A DNA stretch of 64,000 nucleotides from positions 1,030-65,029 of the forward strand of contig CADCWE010000201.1 of NCBI GenBank assembly GCA_902806325.1, given 5' to 3'. The stretch comes from an uncultured Thermomicrobiales bacterium. Lineage in GTDB: Bacteria; Chloroflexota; Chloroflexia; Thermomicrobiales; UBA6265. Of the stretch, positions 1-11,727 are shown piece after piece (the stretch's first letter is position 1; every line of letters starts with the position of its first letter). The position numbers and the translations under genes are program-made. The notes under the pieces are model-generated. The model did no database searches and was not told the DNA's origin. It saw only the letters and a list, made by a program, of their open reading frames with translations.

Positions 1-102
1 ACGCGCCGATCCATGCCCCGGCGCCACGAACGTGCCGCCAAGGGCGACCAGGATCAGCGCCAGGCGAAGCAGCGGACCGGGGCGAAGCGCCAGCGCCGTC
101 AC
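1..102 (-). CDS. 5' end of an unidentified CDS that runs off the window (hydrophobic signal/TM-like N-terminus)
   Basis: GTG at 102 overlaps the trpS stop (GTGA, 99-102). The reverse translation reads VTALALRPGPLLRLALILVALGGTFVAPG... and stays open to position 1. Only 34 codons are visible, so no family can be assigned. Confidence 0.3.
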   Translation of the reverse strand, partial: MTALALRPGPLLRLALILVALGGTFVAPGHGSAR

Positions 103-1148
103 CCGGCCCCGCCGATACCCATCCGCTCCCGGACGACCGCCATCTTCGTCGCCGCTCGTTCCCGCGCCAACTCGGCTCCCCTGGCCAGCACGCCCCGCGC
201 GACCGACGGGTCGGCCGATAGCTCGGCCAGGCGGCGTTGGATCGGCTCGACCGCGCCAACCACCACCTCGGCCAGGTCGGCCTTGAACGCGCCGTAGCCG
301 CGGCCGGCGTAGCGCGCCTCGATTTGCTCGATCGGCTCGCCAGCGCAGAGGGCATAGATGGCGAGCAGGTTCGTCAACGCCGGCTTGTCGGTGCCGGCGC
401 GAACATCGCCGCCGGAGTCGGTGACGGCGCGCTTGATCTTGCGCCGGATCGTGTCGGCGTCGTCGGTCAGGGCGATAAAGCTGCCGGGGTTGGCGGCGCT
501 CTTGCTCATCTTGCGCGCCGGGTCGTCCAGGGCCATGATCCGGGCGCCGGTCGGCTTGATGTCCGGCCGGGGCAGGACGAACGTCTCGCCGTAGCGGGCG
601 TTGAAGCGGGCGGCGATGTCGCGGGTCAACTCGATGTGCTGCTTCTGGTCTTCGCCGACCGGGACCTTGTCCGCGTCGTAGAGGATGATGTCCCCCGCCT
701 GGAGCACCGGGTAGATGAACAGCGCGGCGGCGACCGCTTCGTCCTGCCCGCCGGACTTGTCCTTGAACTGGGTCATCCGCCGCAGCTCGCCGAACTGCGT
801 CACCGACGTCAGCAGCCAGCACAGCTCCGCGTGCTCGCGCACGTCCGACTGGACGAACAGGACGGACCGCTCCGGGTCGATCCCCGACGCCAGCAGCACG
901 TTCGCCAGGTCGAGGATGTTCTCCCGCAGCGCCTGGGGCGTGATCGGCAACGACAAGGCGTGCAGATCGACGACGCAGAAGATGCTGTCGTCGTGCTCCT
1001 GCTGATTGACCCAGTTCCGGATTGCCCCGAGGTAGTTGCCGAGGTGCAGACTCCCCGAGGGCTGGATGCCCGAAAACGTGCGCTGCCGCCGCTCGGTGTC
1101 GGTCGGCAACGCCTGGGGCTCGACCAACTCGCGTTCCTGGACGACCAT
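99..1148 (-). CDS. trpS: Tryptophan--tRNA ligase
   Basis: 349-aa ORF with class I aaRS motifs GIQPSGSLHLGNYLGA (HIGH-type) and KMSKS (..ARKMSKSAANPG..). Length and motif spacing are typical of bacterial TrpRS. Confidence 0.95.
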   Translation of the reverse strand: MVVQERELVEPQALPTDTERRQRTFSGIQPSGSLHLGNYLGAIRNWVNQQEHDDSIFCVVDLHALSLPITPQALRENILDLANVLLASGIDPERSVLFVQSDVREHAELCWLLTSVTQFGELRRMTQFKDKSGGQDEAVAAALFIYPVLQAGDIILYDADKVPVGEDQKQHIELTRDIAARFNARYGETFVLPRPDIKPTGARIMALDDPARKMSKSAANPGSFIALTDDADTIRRKIKRAVTDSGGDVRAGTDKPALTNLLAIYALCAGEPIEQIEARYAGRGYGAFKADLAEVVVGAVEPIQRRLAELSADPSVARGVLARGAELARERAATKMAVVRERMGIGGAG

Positions 1149-1382
1149 CGTGCTCCCGCTTTCTTGGGTTCTGCCCCGGCGAATGGTGCTCGGTGGGGAT
1201 TATAGACGGGTTGGAACGTGGGATTAGACAGGGACGCGAAAGTCACATCGGTCCGATATGCGCTTGTCGCGACGAAACGACCGGACATGAACGATCGCCG
1301 CCGCGCCTGGGAGCGATCCAGTTCGACTCCATCACACAGAATCAACGCGGTGAGGCGGTTCCTTCGACCGAGCGGCGCCACC

Positions 1383-1655
1383 CTAGAAGCGATCCCCAAT
1401 ACGGTCGTACTCGGCGTGGGAGCCGATCCAGAGCCAAAGGACATCGTCGTCGTTCCGGATACCGATGACGCGGTACCGGCGTCCGACGCGAGCCGAATAG
1501 ACGGTCGGATCGCGAGGATTGATGCGCCAGAACTGGAGGGGGGGATGAAACGGATCGTCTTGGAACAGGCGGTAAGCATCGTGAGCCCGCCGCTGGATCG
1601 ATGCCGGCAACGCTGCCAGTAGTTCTTGAAACTGTTCGGTCGTTCTGGACTTCAC
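1383..1655 (-). CDS. RelE/ParE-superfamily type II toxin
   Basis: 90 aa. The C-terminal pattern VYSARVGRRYRVIGIRNDDDVLWLWIGSHAEYDR is typical of RelE/ParE-like toxins. There is a 4-nt overlap with the small upstream ORF. Confidence 0.75.
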   Translation of the reverse strand: MKSRTTEQFQELLAALPASIQRRAHDAYRLFQDDPFHPPLQFWRINPRDPTVYSARVGRRYRVIGIRNDDDVLWLWIGSHAEYDRIGDRF

Positions 1656-1873
1656 CAGCTATCGCCCGATTCCTTCGTTTTGCCCGCCGCGTCCGCTCGT
1701 CTCGCCTCCGCAACCAGATGGTCAAGGAATCGCTGTGAACCGGGCTTGGCGATGATCGCATTCCATTCCCGTGCCTCCAACTCCAGGCGCAGCGTCTCGG
1801 CGAAGACATCCTGCTCGTCCGCCGGTAGCTGTTCGATCTCGGCAACGACCTGCTTGAGCGACTCAGTCATCAT
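1652..1873 (-). CDS. Cognate antitoxin (small acidic protein)
   Basis: Lies directly upstream of the toxin and overlaps it at 1652-1655. Sequence: MMTESLKQVVAEIEQLPADEQDVFAETLRLELEAREW... I prefer the ATG at 1873 (GGGAG 5 nt upstream) over the track start at 1939. Confidence 0.6.
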   Translation of the reverse strand: MMTESLKQVVAEIEQLPADEQDVFAETLRLELEAREWNAIIAKPGSQRFLDHLVAEARRADAAGKTKESGDSW

Positions 1874-1955
1874 TGCTTCTCCCAGGCGGTGTGGCTCAGG
1901 CTTGCGATCCAGCATAGACGATTGAAGAAGATGATCCAACCATCGGCATCGGACC

Positions 1956-3053
1956 TCAAGACCGCGAGTAGTGCTGCGCCCCCGTGTTCCGGACCGCCCC
2001 TTTGAGCTCCAGCATCGAGAGCAGCGCCCCGGCCTGGGCGATCGCCAACCCGGAGGCCGCCGCCACCTCGTCGATGTGCTGGGGGTCGCCGGTCAGCAAG
2101 GCCAGCAGCCGCCGCTCGTCCTCGTCCAGCGGCAGCGCCTGCTGGACCGCGGCCTGCTCCTTCCGGCGGCCGAGGTTGAGGTCCTCCAGGACGTCGTCGC
2201 CGCAGGTCACCGGGCGGGCGCCGTCGCGCAGGAGCCGGTTGGCGCCGGCGCTGGCGGCGGAGAGGACGCCGCCGGGGACGACGAAGACCTCCCGCCCCTG
2301 GTCGGCGGCGAAGTCGCAGGTGATCAGGGCGCCGGACTTCAATGGCGCTTCCACGACCACCACCCCGAGTGACAACCCGGAGATGATGCGATTTCGGGCC
2401 GGAAAGTTGGGCGCGTCCGGCGGCTTGTCCGGCGCGTAGTCGGAGACCAGCGCGCCCTGCTCCGCGATCTGGTCCGAGAGGTTGCGGTGCTCCGGCGGGT
2501 AGACCACGTTCACGCCGCACCCCAAGACGGCGATCGTCCGCCCGCCCGCCCGCAGCGCCGCCTGGTGGGCGACGCCGTCGATCCCGCGGGCCAGCCCCGA
2601 GACCACGGTCACCCCGGCACCGGCGAGGTCGGTCGCGATCCGGCCCGCGACCTCCCGCCCGTAGGCGGTCAAGCGCCGGGTGCCGACGATGCCGACCGCG
2701 AGGTCGTCCTCCGGCAGCAGCGAGCCTTTGACGTAGAGGACCGCCGGCGGCGCCGGGATCTCGGCCAGGAGGCGGGGGTAGGCCGCGTCGGCGCGGGTCA
2801 GCACCGTCACCCCGGCCCGGGCGATGCGCTCCATCTCGTCGTCGAGCGACAGCCCGGCCCGGGTCTTAAGCAGACTCTCGATCGCGCGCTCGTCGAGCAC
2901 CGCCCGGAGGTCGCCGGCCGGGGCCGACCACGCCCGTCCCAAGTCGCCGAAGTGGCGCACCAGCCGGTCGATGCGTGTCGGCCCGATGTAGGGGACCCGG
3001 TGGAAGCCGAGCCAGTATTTCGGGTCGTCGACCCGAGTCGAACCCGTCGCCAC
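1956..3053 (-). CDS. dprA: DNA-processing protein DprA (Smf)
   Basis: 365 aa. DprA core VVSGLARGIDGVAHQAALRAGGRTIAVLGCGVNVVYPPEH, followed by a C-terminal helical tail. Confidence 0.92.
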   Translation of the reverse strand: MATGSTRVDDPKYWLGFHRVPYIGPTRIDRLVRHFGDLGRAWSAPAGDLRAVLDERAIESLLKTRAGLSLDDEMERIARAGVTVLTRADAAYPRLLAEIPAPPAVLYVKGSLLPEDDLAVGIVGTRRLTAYGREVAGRIATDLAGAGVTVVSGLARGIDGVAHQAALRAGGRTIAVLGCGVNVVYPPEHRNLSDQIAEQGALVSDYAPDKPPDAPNFPARNRIISGLSLGVVVVEAPLKSGALITCDFAADQGREVFVVPGGVLSAASAGANRLLRDGARPVTCGDDVLEDLNLGRRKEQAAVQQALPLDEDERRLLALLTGDPQHIDEVAAASGLAIAQAGALLSMLELKGAVRNTGAQHYSRS

Positions 3054-3245
3054 CGCGTCCTCTCCCCGTTCGCTCGATGCCAGCCGCGATGGCCGCGGCC
3101 GAGTCTACCCGAGCCGCCCAGCGCCGCCAAGAGGCGGGCGAGGTGGCGGATGGGGACCCCGGTGAACCGCCCCCGCGATGGAGCAAAGGCTCTATGATGT
3201 CCCGGGCCGCGATCCGGCGGCACCGCACACCCCGAGGAGGGACGG

Positions 3246-3986
3246 ATGGTGATGGTGACGTTGACCGCGATCGCCCGTTCGCTGCGTCGCTGGCTGATCA
3301 TCGGCGGCGCCGTAGTCGCCATTGCCGCCGGGACCACGGACCAGGCGAAGGCGCAGGGGATCGAGTTCACGCCGGCGGATCCCGCGAATTGCGCGCTGGA
3401 GCCGTACACGGTCGACGAACTGCGCGCGATCCTGCTGACCGCGTCGGCGGCGGCAACACCGGGCGCCGCCACGCCGGAGACGGACGCGGCGGACCCCGAG
3501 GCGTCGCCGTTCGCCCTGCCCGCGGGCGAGGCGGCGGACGAGGCGACGGTGGCCGAAATCGAAGCGACGATGCGCCAGATCCTCGACTGCACCGCCACCG
3601 GGGACTTCCTGAGCGTGCTGGCCGGGTTCTCGCCGGAGGCGGTGACCGAGCTGTTCGTCGGGGTCGGAGCGGGACCCGGACCGAGCGAGGACGAAGTCGG
3701 GTTGATCATCACCGCCCTGACCGAAGGCGATCCGACGCCGGAAGCCGCGGCAGACCGCAGCGCCCTCGTCGGCGTGCGGGACGTGCGCACCCTGGGGAAC
3801 GGCCGCGTCGGCGCCTTGGTCGACACCGGCGACGCCAGCGAATTGTCCGGGGCCGCCGATCTGGCCGAGGCCGTCCAGTCGGGGGCGATCGAGACCGCCT
3901 ACGTCGTCTTCGCGAACGACGGGGAGCGCTACGTCATCGTCGAATTGGTCGATGCCCTCGAAGAGCAGTACCCGGCCTCGGGGTAA
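3246..3986 (+). CDS. Hypothetical secreted/membrane-anchored protein
   Basis: GAGGAGGG SD precedes the ATG. N-terminal signal/anchor RRWLIIGGAVVAIAAGTTDQAKAQG, then an Ala/Pro/Glu-rich linker and an acidic domain. I recognise no family. Confidence 0.6.
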   Translation: MVMVTLTAIARSLRRWLIIGGAVVAIAAGTTDQAKAQGIEFTPADPANCALEPYTVDELRAILLTASAAATPGAATPETDAADPEASPFALPAGEAADEATVAEIEATMRQILDCTATGDFLSVLAGFSPEAVTELFVGVGAGPGPSEDEVGLIITALTEGDPTPEAAADRSALVGVRDVRTLGNGRVGALVDTGDASELSGAADLAEAVQSGAIETAYVVFANDGERYVIVELVDALEEQYPASG

Positions 3987-4027
3987 CGTTCGACGACCCA
4001 CGATCAACCGACAGGAGCAGACCCGGC

Positions 4028-4795
4028 ATGCGCTACGAAAACGCGGTCAAGCAGACGCTACGGGAGGGCGGCACGGCCTACGGCTGCTTCGTCACGATGC
4101 CGTCGCCGGAGATCGTCGAGATCTGCGCGGCGGCGGGGTTCTCGTTCGTGCTCCTCGACGCCGAGCACGGCCGGGTCAGCCCGGAAGCGGCCTACCCGAT
4201 GATCCTCGCCGCCGAGGCGAGCGGCATCGAAGCCTTCGCCCGAATCGGCCAAAACGACCGCCAGGTGATCCTCAAGTTTCTGGACCAGGGGATTGCCGGG
4301 GTGCTGATCCCGCAGACCAACACGGCGGAGGAGGCGACCCGCGCCGTCGAGGCGATGCGCTACCACCCGCTCGGGGTGCGTGGCCTCGCCGGCGGCCGCG
4401 GTTTCGGCTACGGCGTCGCCGGGGACGCCAAGGACTTGGTGCCCAAGATCAACGACCGGGTCCTGAGCATGGTCCAGTTCGAGCACATCGCGGCGCTGGA
4501 CCACCTGGACGACCTGCTGGCGATCCCGAATTTGGATCTCTTGTTCGTCGGGCCGAACGATCTGGCGCAGTCCATGGGTTTTCCGGGCCAGCCGGGGCAC
4601 CCCGAGGTGCAGGCGGTGATCGATCGGGTGACGAGCGCCGCGCGTGGCGGAGCGGTCGCCCTGGGCACGGTGGCACCGGACGCCGCGTCGACCCGCAAGG
4701 CCCAGGAACGCGGCTTCCGGCTCATCGTCAGCAACGTGCCGTCACTGCTGACCGCCGCCGGCCGAGACCTGCTGTGGGCCGCGACCGCGTCCTAG
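4028..4795 (+). CDS. HpcH/HpaI-family aldolase (2-keto-3-deoxy-acid aldolase type)
   Basis: This is the last 255 codons of track ORF 2975-4795, starting at the ATG at 4028. Motifs: FVTMPSPEIVEICAAAGFSFVLLDAEHG, IPQTNTAEEA, LLFVGPNDLAQSMG. Confidence 0.85.
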   Translation: MRYENAVKQTLREGGTAYGCFVTMPSPEIVEICAAAGFSFVLLDAEHGRVSPEAAYPMILAAEASGIEAFARIGQNDRQVILKFLDQGIAGVLIPQTNTAEEATRAVEAMRYHPLGVRGLAGGRGFGYGVAGDAKDLVPKINDRVLSMVQFEHIAALDHLDDLLAIPNLDLLFVGPNDLAQSMGFPGQPGHPEVQAVIDRVTSAARGGAVALGTVAPDAASTRKAQERGFRLIVSNVPSLLTAAGRDLLWAATAS

Positions 4796-4824
4796 CGCGA
4801 TCGCGCCGGGAAACCGGAGTGGGC

Positions 4825-4866
4825 AAAAAACGGGCGGGGGCGCTGAAGCGCCGCCGCCCGTTTCGG
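4825..4866. terminator. Bidirectional intrinsic terminator between convergent genes
   Basis: aaaaaaCGGGCGGGGGCGC-tgaa-GCGCCGCCGCCCGttt. A 14-bp stem with one mismatch, an A-tract on one side and a T-tract on the other. Confidence 0.6.
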
Positions 4867-4882
4867 TGTAATGCCCCGGGGT

Positions 4883-5149
4883 CTAGGCCCGGCTGGTGTT
4901 GCGGTTGTCGGCCGCCCGGATCACGTACAGGATGATCACGGCGCCGATCACCGCCACCACGATCGAGCCGATCAGGCTGGTCCCGGTGTTGGCGTCGAAC
5001 AGCGCGTCCATCAAGAAGCCGCCAAGGATGCCACCGAGGACCCCGATCACCAACGCCCCGATGGTGCCGCCGGGGGTTCGCCCCGGCACGATCAAGCTGG
5101 CGATCCCGCCCGCGATCAGCCCCACGATGAGCCAGAGAATGATGCCCAT
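4883..5149 (-). CDS. GlsB/YeaQ/YmgE-family small membrane (transglycosylase-associated) protein
   Basis: Starts at the ATG at 5149. MGIILWLIVGLIAGGIASLIVPGRTPGGTIGALVIGVLGGILGGFL... is the characteristic Gly-rich three-TM pattern. Confidence 0.85.
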   Translation of the reverse strand: MGIILWLIVGLIAGGIASLIVPGRTPGGTIGALVIGVLGGILGGFLMDALFDANTGTSLIGSIVVAVIGAVIILYVIRAADNRNTSRA

Positions 5150-5557
5150 GACTTCGTCCCCCCGGGCGCTTCGGCCCCGCCGCCGCCCACGTGCCGCGTC
5201 CGCCCAATAGCGTCCGCTACGCGCCGCTAAGGCAACCCGCGTGCCACGCCCGGCGTCTCCTCGGGTTGGATGGGTGAGCAACCGGCACAATCAGGGACCT
5301 GTCGAATCGGCGCGGCGGCTATTGCGGTGCTTTTAAGGCCTGTGCTATCTTCCCGAATGCTCGGACCGCAACGCAACCAGACTTCGATTCGACGGGAGAA
5401 CCGGCCCACCGAAGGCGATCGCGCACGGGGACGAGGCCGGTTCGGTCCGCGAACCCGTTGGCGACCGCGCGCGAACGGGCAAAATAGGCGATAACTCACC
5501 CAACACGGGGATCTCGGGCACCACGGGCAGGGAGCGCGGAGAGGAACGGAGTCCGGC

Positions 5558-7854
<2,297 letters not shown>

Positions 7855-7961
7855 ACGCGATCCGGAGCGCCGTCTCGGACCCCTGGGCCGCGAGGTCAGA
7901 CCGGGGCTAACGGCCCGTGCTTTCTCCCGCCGAGTCGCGCGATCCAACTCATCGGAGACCC

Positions 7962-8639
7962 ATGGACCTGTTCCAACGCCGCGAACCGGAAGTCATCGTC
8001 GCGATCCTGCTGTCGTTCATCATCGCGACCACGATCCACGAGTTCATGCACGCCTGGACCGCCTGGCGGCTCGGCGACGACACCGCCGCCCGCTTGGGCC
8101 GGATCACGCTCAACCCGGTGGCCCACTTCGAGATCGTCGGCTTCATCGGCATGGTGCTGATCTCGGTCGGTTTCTTTGGCATCGGCTGGGGTAAACCGGT
8201 GCCGGTCAACCCCGGCAACTTCCGCCGCCGCGGGATCCAAAACATGCGCCTGGGGATGGGGATCGTCGCCATCGCCGGGCCGATCTCGAACGTGGTCCAA
8301 GCCGCGGTGGTCGGCATCCCGTATCGGATCGCGACCGGCAACGGGCGGAGTTTCGGCCAGCTCGACGTCTTCTTCGAGTGGTTCATCATCATCAATCTGC
8401 TGCTGGCGGCCTTCAACATGATTCCGATCCCGCCCTTGGACGGCAGCAAGGTGCTGACGGCGATCCTGCCCAACTTCTGGTACCCGATCCTGGCGCCCCT
8501 GGAGCGTTACGGCTTCATGATCCTCTTCGTGTTCATCTTCATCACCCCGCGCGGCAGCGGCTCCGTGATCGGCGAGATCTACGGCCCGGTCTTCGATTTC
8601 CTCGGCGGGGTGATCCTCGGGCCCCGCTTCGGCTTTTGA
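7962..8639 (+). CDS. Site-2 protease family (peptidase M50) membrane metalloprotease
   Basis: HExxH within a TM helix (TIHEFMHAWTAW), multiple TM segments, and NMIPIPPLDGSK (NxxPxxxLDG motif). I prefer the ATG at 7962; the track ORF starts at 7917. Confidence 0.8.
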   Translation: MDLFQRREPEVIVAILLSFIIATTIHEFMHAWTAWRLGDDTAARLGRITLNPVAHFEIVGFIGMVLISVGFFGIGWGKPVPVNPGNFRRRGIQNMRLGMGIVAIAGPISNVVQAAVVGIPYRIATGNGRSFGQLDVFFEWFIIINLLLAAFNMIPIPPLDGSKVLTAILPNFWYPILAPLERYGFMILFVFIFITPRGSGSVIGEIYGPVFDFLGGVILGPRFGF

Positions 8640-8647
8640 TCGCGCTG

Positions 8648-9199
8648 ATGGCAACGCTCCTCCACCGTCTCCAACAAGGTCTGGTCGCGTTGTCGCCCCG
8701 GTTGCCGGAGCACCTCGACGCCCTGCTGGCGTCCCACCTTACCGCGCCACAGACCGCCGCCTTCCGGGCGTTGCCGATCCATGACCAAGCCCATCTCGGC
8801 CGGGTCTGCCAATCCTTGCTCGACCGCGGCGCCCAGGACCCGGATCTGCTGCGGGCGGCGCTGCTGCACGACCTCGGCAAAGTCGGGCCGGACGGCCGCG
8901 TCGGTTTGCTCGACCGCGCGCTGCGCGTGATCCTGGCCCGCCTCGCGCCGTCGCTCCTCGACCGGTTGGCGGAATACCCGGCGCCGCGGTGGCGGGCCGG
9001 TCTCGCCCGGGCCGTCCACCACCCGTGGCTCGGCGCCGACCAGGCGGCGGCGGTGGGTTGCTCGGCGCGAACGTGCTGGTTGATCGCCCACCACCACGAC
9101 CGGCCGCTGCCCGACGACGCCGGGTTGCGCCTGCTCGTCACCGCCGACGAGGCGGCCGACCACGCGCCGCCGGTTCGGCGGACACTGCCCGCGTGGTAG
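8648..9199 (+). CDS. HD-domain protein
   Basis: ATG at 8648. Contains AALLHDLGK (HD motif) and a later HHH cluster (WLIAHHHD). The assignment is at family level only. Confidence 0.55.
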   Translation: MATLLHRLQQGLVALSPRLPEHLDALLASHLTAPQTAAFRALPIHDQAHLGRVCQSLLDRGAQDPDLLRAALLHDLGKVGPDGRVGLLDRALRVILARLAPSLLDRLAEYPAPRWRAGLARAVHHPWLGADQAAAVGCSARTCWLIAHHHDRPLPDDAGLRLLVTADEAADHAPPVRRTLPAW

Positions 9200-10011
9200 C
9201 CCTGGTCAACCCCGCCACGTACCCCGCCGGGTCCTTGCTGCACGGCTATCAGCTCCGGTTGCCGTCCTTCGAGGGGCCGCTGGATGTCCTGCTGCGCCTC
9301 GTCGAGCGCAGCCAACTCGACATCACCGAGATCTCGCTGGTCGCGGTCACCGACCAGTTCTTGATCCACGTCCGGGGCCTGGCGGCGGTGGCGCCGGACG
9401 CGATCGCCGAGTTTGTGGCGGTCGCCGGGCGGCTGGTGCTGCTCAAGTCCCGCTCCCTGCTGCCCCGTCCCCCGGCGGCGGACGACGATGGCGAGCCGGA
9501 CGACCTGATCACGCAATTGGTGGAATACCGCGCCGTGAAAGAGGCGGCCCGGCTCTTGGGGGCGAAGGACGAACGCGGCGACGGTGCCTTCGCCCGCGCC
9601 TCAGCCGCCGTCGAAGCGCCCGCCGCCGCCGCCCCGCCGCCCCTAGCCCTCCACGCGTCGTCCTCGCTCGCCAGGGCCCTGCGGCGCCGGTTGAGCGCGG
9701 TGCCCTCCCCGGCGGCGGAAATCGCCCACCGGCCGTTGCTCACCTTGCGGGAGATGGTCGAGCGCGTGCTGCGGGTCGTCCGCGGCGGTGAACCGGAGGC
9801 GGTCGCGTTCTCGCGCATCCGACGCGGCTGTCGAGACCGGCATGAGGTCCTGACGGCGTTCCTCGCCGTCCTCGTCCTTGTCCGCCGTCGCGTCCTCGAC
9901 GCCGAGCAGACCGAGCTGTTCGGGGAGATCGCCCTCCGGGCAACCGACACCGCTTCCTCAACGGACCCAGAGGTTGCCGGCGCCGGGATGCCGGCGATCG
10001 CAACCGATTGA
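9193..10011 (+). CDS. scpA: Segregation and condensation protein A
   Basis: Motifs: LPSFEGPLDVLLRLVERSQLDITEISLVAVTDQF and LLKSRSLLP. The start is uncertain; GTG at 9193 is the first in-frame start and overlaps the upstream stop. Confidence 0.85.
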   Translation: MVALVNPATYPAGSLLHGYQLRLPSFEGPLDVLLRLVERSQLDITEISLVAVTDQFLIHVRGLAAVAPDAIAEFVAVAGRLVLLKSRSLLPRPPAADDDGEPDDLITQLVEYRAVKEAARLLGAKDERGDGAFARASAAVEAPAAAAPPPLALHASSSLARALRRRLSAVPSPAAEIAHRPLLTLREMVERVLRVVRGGEPEAVAFSRIRRGCRDRHEVLTAFLAVLVLVRRRVLDAEQTELFGEIALRATDTASSTDPEVAGAGMPAIATD

Positions 10012-10664
10012 CGAGACCGGTCATGACCGACCCTACGGCCAACACCAGCCTTCCCGTGGACCAACCGGCGCTCGACGGCACCGCCGGGGTCGCGTCCGCC
10101 GACCTCCCGGCACTCCTGGAAGCCCTGCTGCTGGTGGCGCCGCAACCGCCGACGATCGACGAGTTGGCGCGCGGCGCCGGGGTCGACCCGGCGGAGATCG
10201 AAGACGCCCTGAGCCGCCTCCAGGAGCGGCACGGCCGTGGCTGGGTGCTCCAGCGCCACGGCGACACCGTCCAGTTCGCCACCGCGCCGCGCTTCGCCGC
10301 CCAGGTCCGGCGGTTCTTGAACCTCGACCGCGAAGCCCGCCTTTCCGGCGCGGCGCTGGAAACCCTGGCCATCGTCGCCTACCAGCAACCCGTCACCAGG
10401 GCCGAGATCGAAGCCGTCCGCGGCGTCGACTGCGCCGGGGTGCTGGCCACGCTCCACGCGCGCGGCCTCATCGAACAAATCGGACGCCTCCCCACCGTCG
10501 GCAACCCGATCCAGTACGGCACGACGCCGGATTTTCTCCGCCACTTCGGACTCGGCTCCCTGGCCGAACTGCCGTCGCTGGGCGAGGTCGGCGGGCGGGA
10601 CGCGCGCGGCGCGTTGGAAGCGGCCGTCGCCGCCGCCGCCTTGGAGCAACCCGCGTCGTCGTAG
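10008..10664 (+). CDS. scpB: Segregation and condensation protein B
   Basis: Motifs: LEALLLVAPQPPTIDEL, LSGAALETLAIVAYQQPVTRAEIEAVRGV, GRLPTVGNPIQYGTT. TTG at 10008 overlaps the scpA stop; an alternative ATG lies at 10023. Confidence 0.9.
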   Translation: MTRPVMTDPTANTSLPVDQPALDGTAGVASADLPALLEALLLVAPQPPTIDELARGAGVDPAEIEDALSRLQERHGRGWVLQRHGDTVQFATAPRFAAQVRRFLNLDREARLSGAALETLAIVAYQQPVTRAEIEAVRGVDCAGVLATLHARGLIEQIGRLPTVGNPIQYGTTPDFLRHFGLGSLAELPSLGEVGGRDARGALEAAVAAAALEQPASS

Positions 10665-10821
10665 GGTCGCGACGATTCGCGCCCGCCATGCACCAAGCGT
10701 TGGCTCCAGCGCCGTTCGTTCTCGGCCCGGAACGCCGTCGGCGGCGAAGGTCCGCGCGTCGTGACGCCGATGAGAAGCCCTCGATGGCCGCCAGTCGCCT
10801 CGCCCCTCGGTTGCGCCCCGG

Positions 10822-11727
10822 CTACCCCGCCCGGAATACGCCCACCGCCTCCGCCAGCAGCGCCAATGCCTCCCCGTTGTTCGGCGATGCCGAGCAGATC
10901 AGGTGCCCGACGCCTTGCGCCTCGTAGGCCCGGAACGCGGCGGCGAGCTCCTCCGCCGATCCCGTCAGCACCTTGTCCGGGTCCGACGGCTCGGCGTCCT
11001 CGCCCGACAACGCCGGGAACCGGACGACGACGCCGACCGTGACCTCCAGCGTCGCCGGGTCGCGGCCGACCTCGGAGCAGGCCGCCTCAAGGCCGGCGCG
11101 GCGCTCCGCCAGCAGGGTTGGTTGGCCGAGCCAAGCCGTGTTCCAGGAGTCGGCGTACTCGGCCGTCAGTCGCAGCATCCGGGGCTTGGTCGAGGCCACC
11201 AGGATGGGGGGGCCACCCGGCCGGGGACCGCGCGGGCGCAGCTCGCAGTTCGGCGCCGAGTAATGCTCGCCGCGGAAATCCACCCGGCCTTCGCGCAGCA
11301 AGGGCACGATGATCTTGAGCGCTTCCTCGAACCGGTCCACCTTGCGCCCGAACGGGATCCCGAAGGCGTCGAACTCCGGCTGGTGCCACCCCGCGCCGAG
11401 ACCGAGAATCAACCGGCCGTTGCTGACCTCGTCCAGGGTGTCGGCCATCTTCGCCAGCACGGCCGGGTTCCGGAACGGCACGCAGAGCACGATCGTGCCG
11501 AGCTCCACCCGCTGGGTCGCTTCGGCCAGCGCCGCCAGCAGCGTCCAGCACTCCCAGATCCCCGCCGTCGGGTGCTCCCCCATCCGGAACAGCAGGTGGT
11601 CGTAGACCCAGACCGAGTCGAACCCGGCCGCTTCCGCCGCCTGCGCCAGATCCCGGATCTCGGCGTAGCGTGGCGTTTGCCCCGCCTCGCCGCTCTCGGC
11701 GATCGGCAGCACCATCCCGATCTTCAC
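10822..11727 (-). CDS. Luciferase-like monooxygenase (LLM) class, probably F420-dependent oxidoreductase
   Basis: GTG at 11727 (VKIGMVLP...). Motifs: FDSVWVYDHL, LGTIVLCVPFRNPAVLAKMADTLDEVSNGRLILGLGAGW. The track ORF of 511 aa is an upstream run-on. Confidence 0.85.
   Translation of the reverse strand: MKIGMVLPIAESGEAGQTPRYAEIRDLAQAAEAAGFDSVWVYDHLLFRMGEHPTAGIWECWTLLAALAEATQRVELGTIVLCVPFRNPAVLAKMADTLDEVSNGRLILGLGAGWHQPEFDAFGIPFGRKVDRFEEALKIIVPLLREGRVDFRGEHYSAPNCELRPRGPRPGGPPILVASTKPRMLRLTAEYADSWNTAWLGQPTLLAERRAGLEAACSEVGRDPATLEVTVGVVVRFPALSGEDAEPSDPDKVLTGSAEELAAAFRAYEAQGVGHLICSASPNNGEALALLAEAVGVFRAG

Noticed and set aside
1310-1335. tRNA-like T-loop string GTTCGACTCC.
   Set aside because: The flanking bases do not form a T-stem, and no acceptor, D or anticodon arms can be drawn. 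I recognised no tRNA anywhere in the window.
1149-1382. Possible T-box leader or attenuator upstream of trpS.
   Set aside because: I could not find the conserved T-box sequence (..GGGTGGNACCGCG..) or a specifier/antiterminator arrangement on the minus strand. Only a TATAAT-like hexamer (1199-1204) is visible, with no convincing -35 element.
2975-4027. N-terminal 351 codons of the 606-aa track ORF 2975-4795.
   Set aside because: This stretch overlaps dprA and the 3246-3986 gene in other frames and is Arg/Gly-rich nonsense. The aldolase homology begins only at the ATG at 4028.
5150-5557. A riboswitch in the roughly 400-bp region upstream of the OppD-like gene.
   Set aside because: Only short local hairpins are visible (for example GGTTCG-gtcc-CGAACC), along with a weak promoter-like TTGCGG..TATCTT. 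I could not match it to any riboswitch class.
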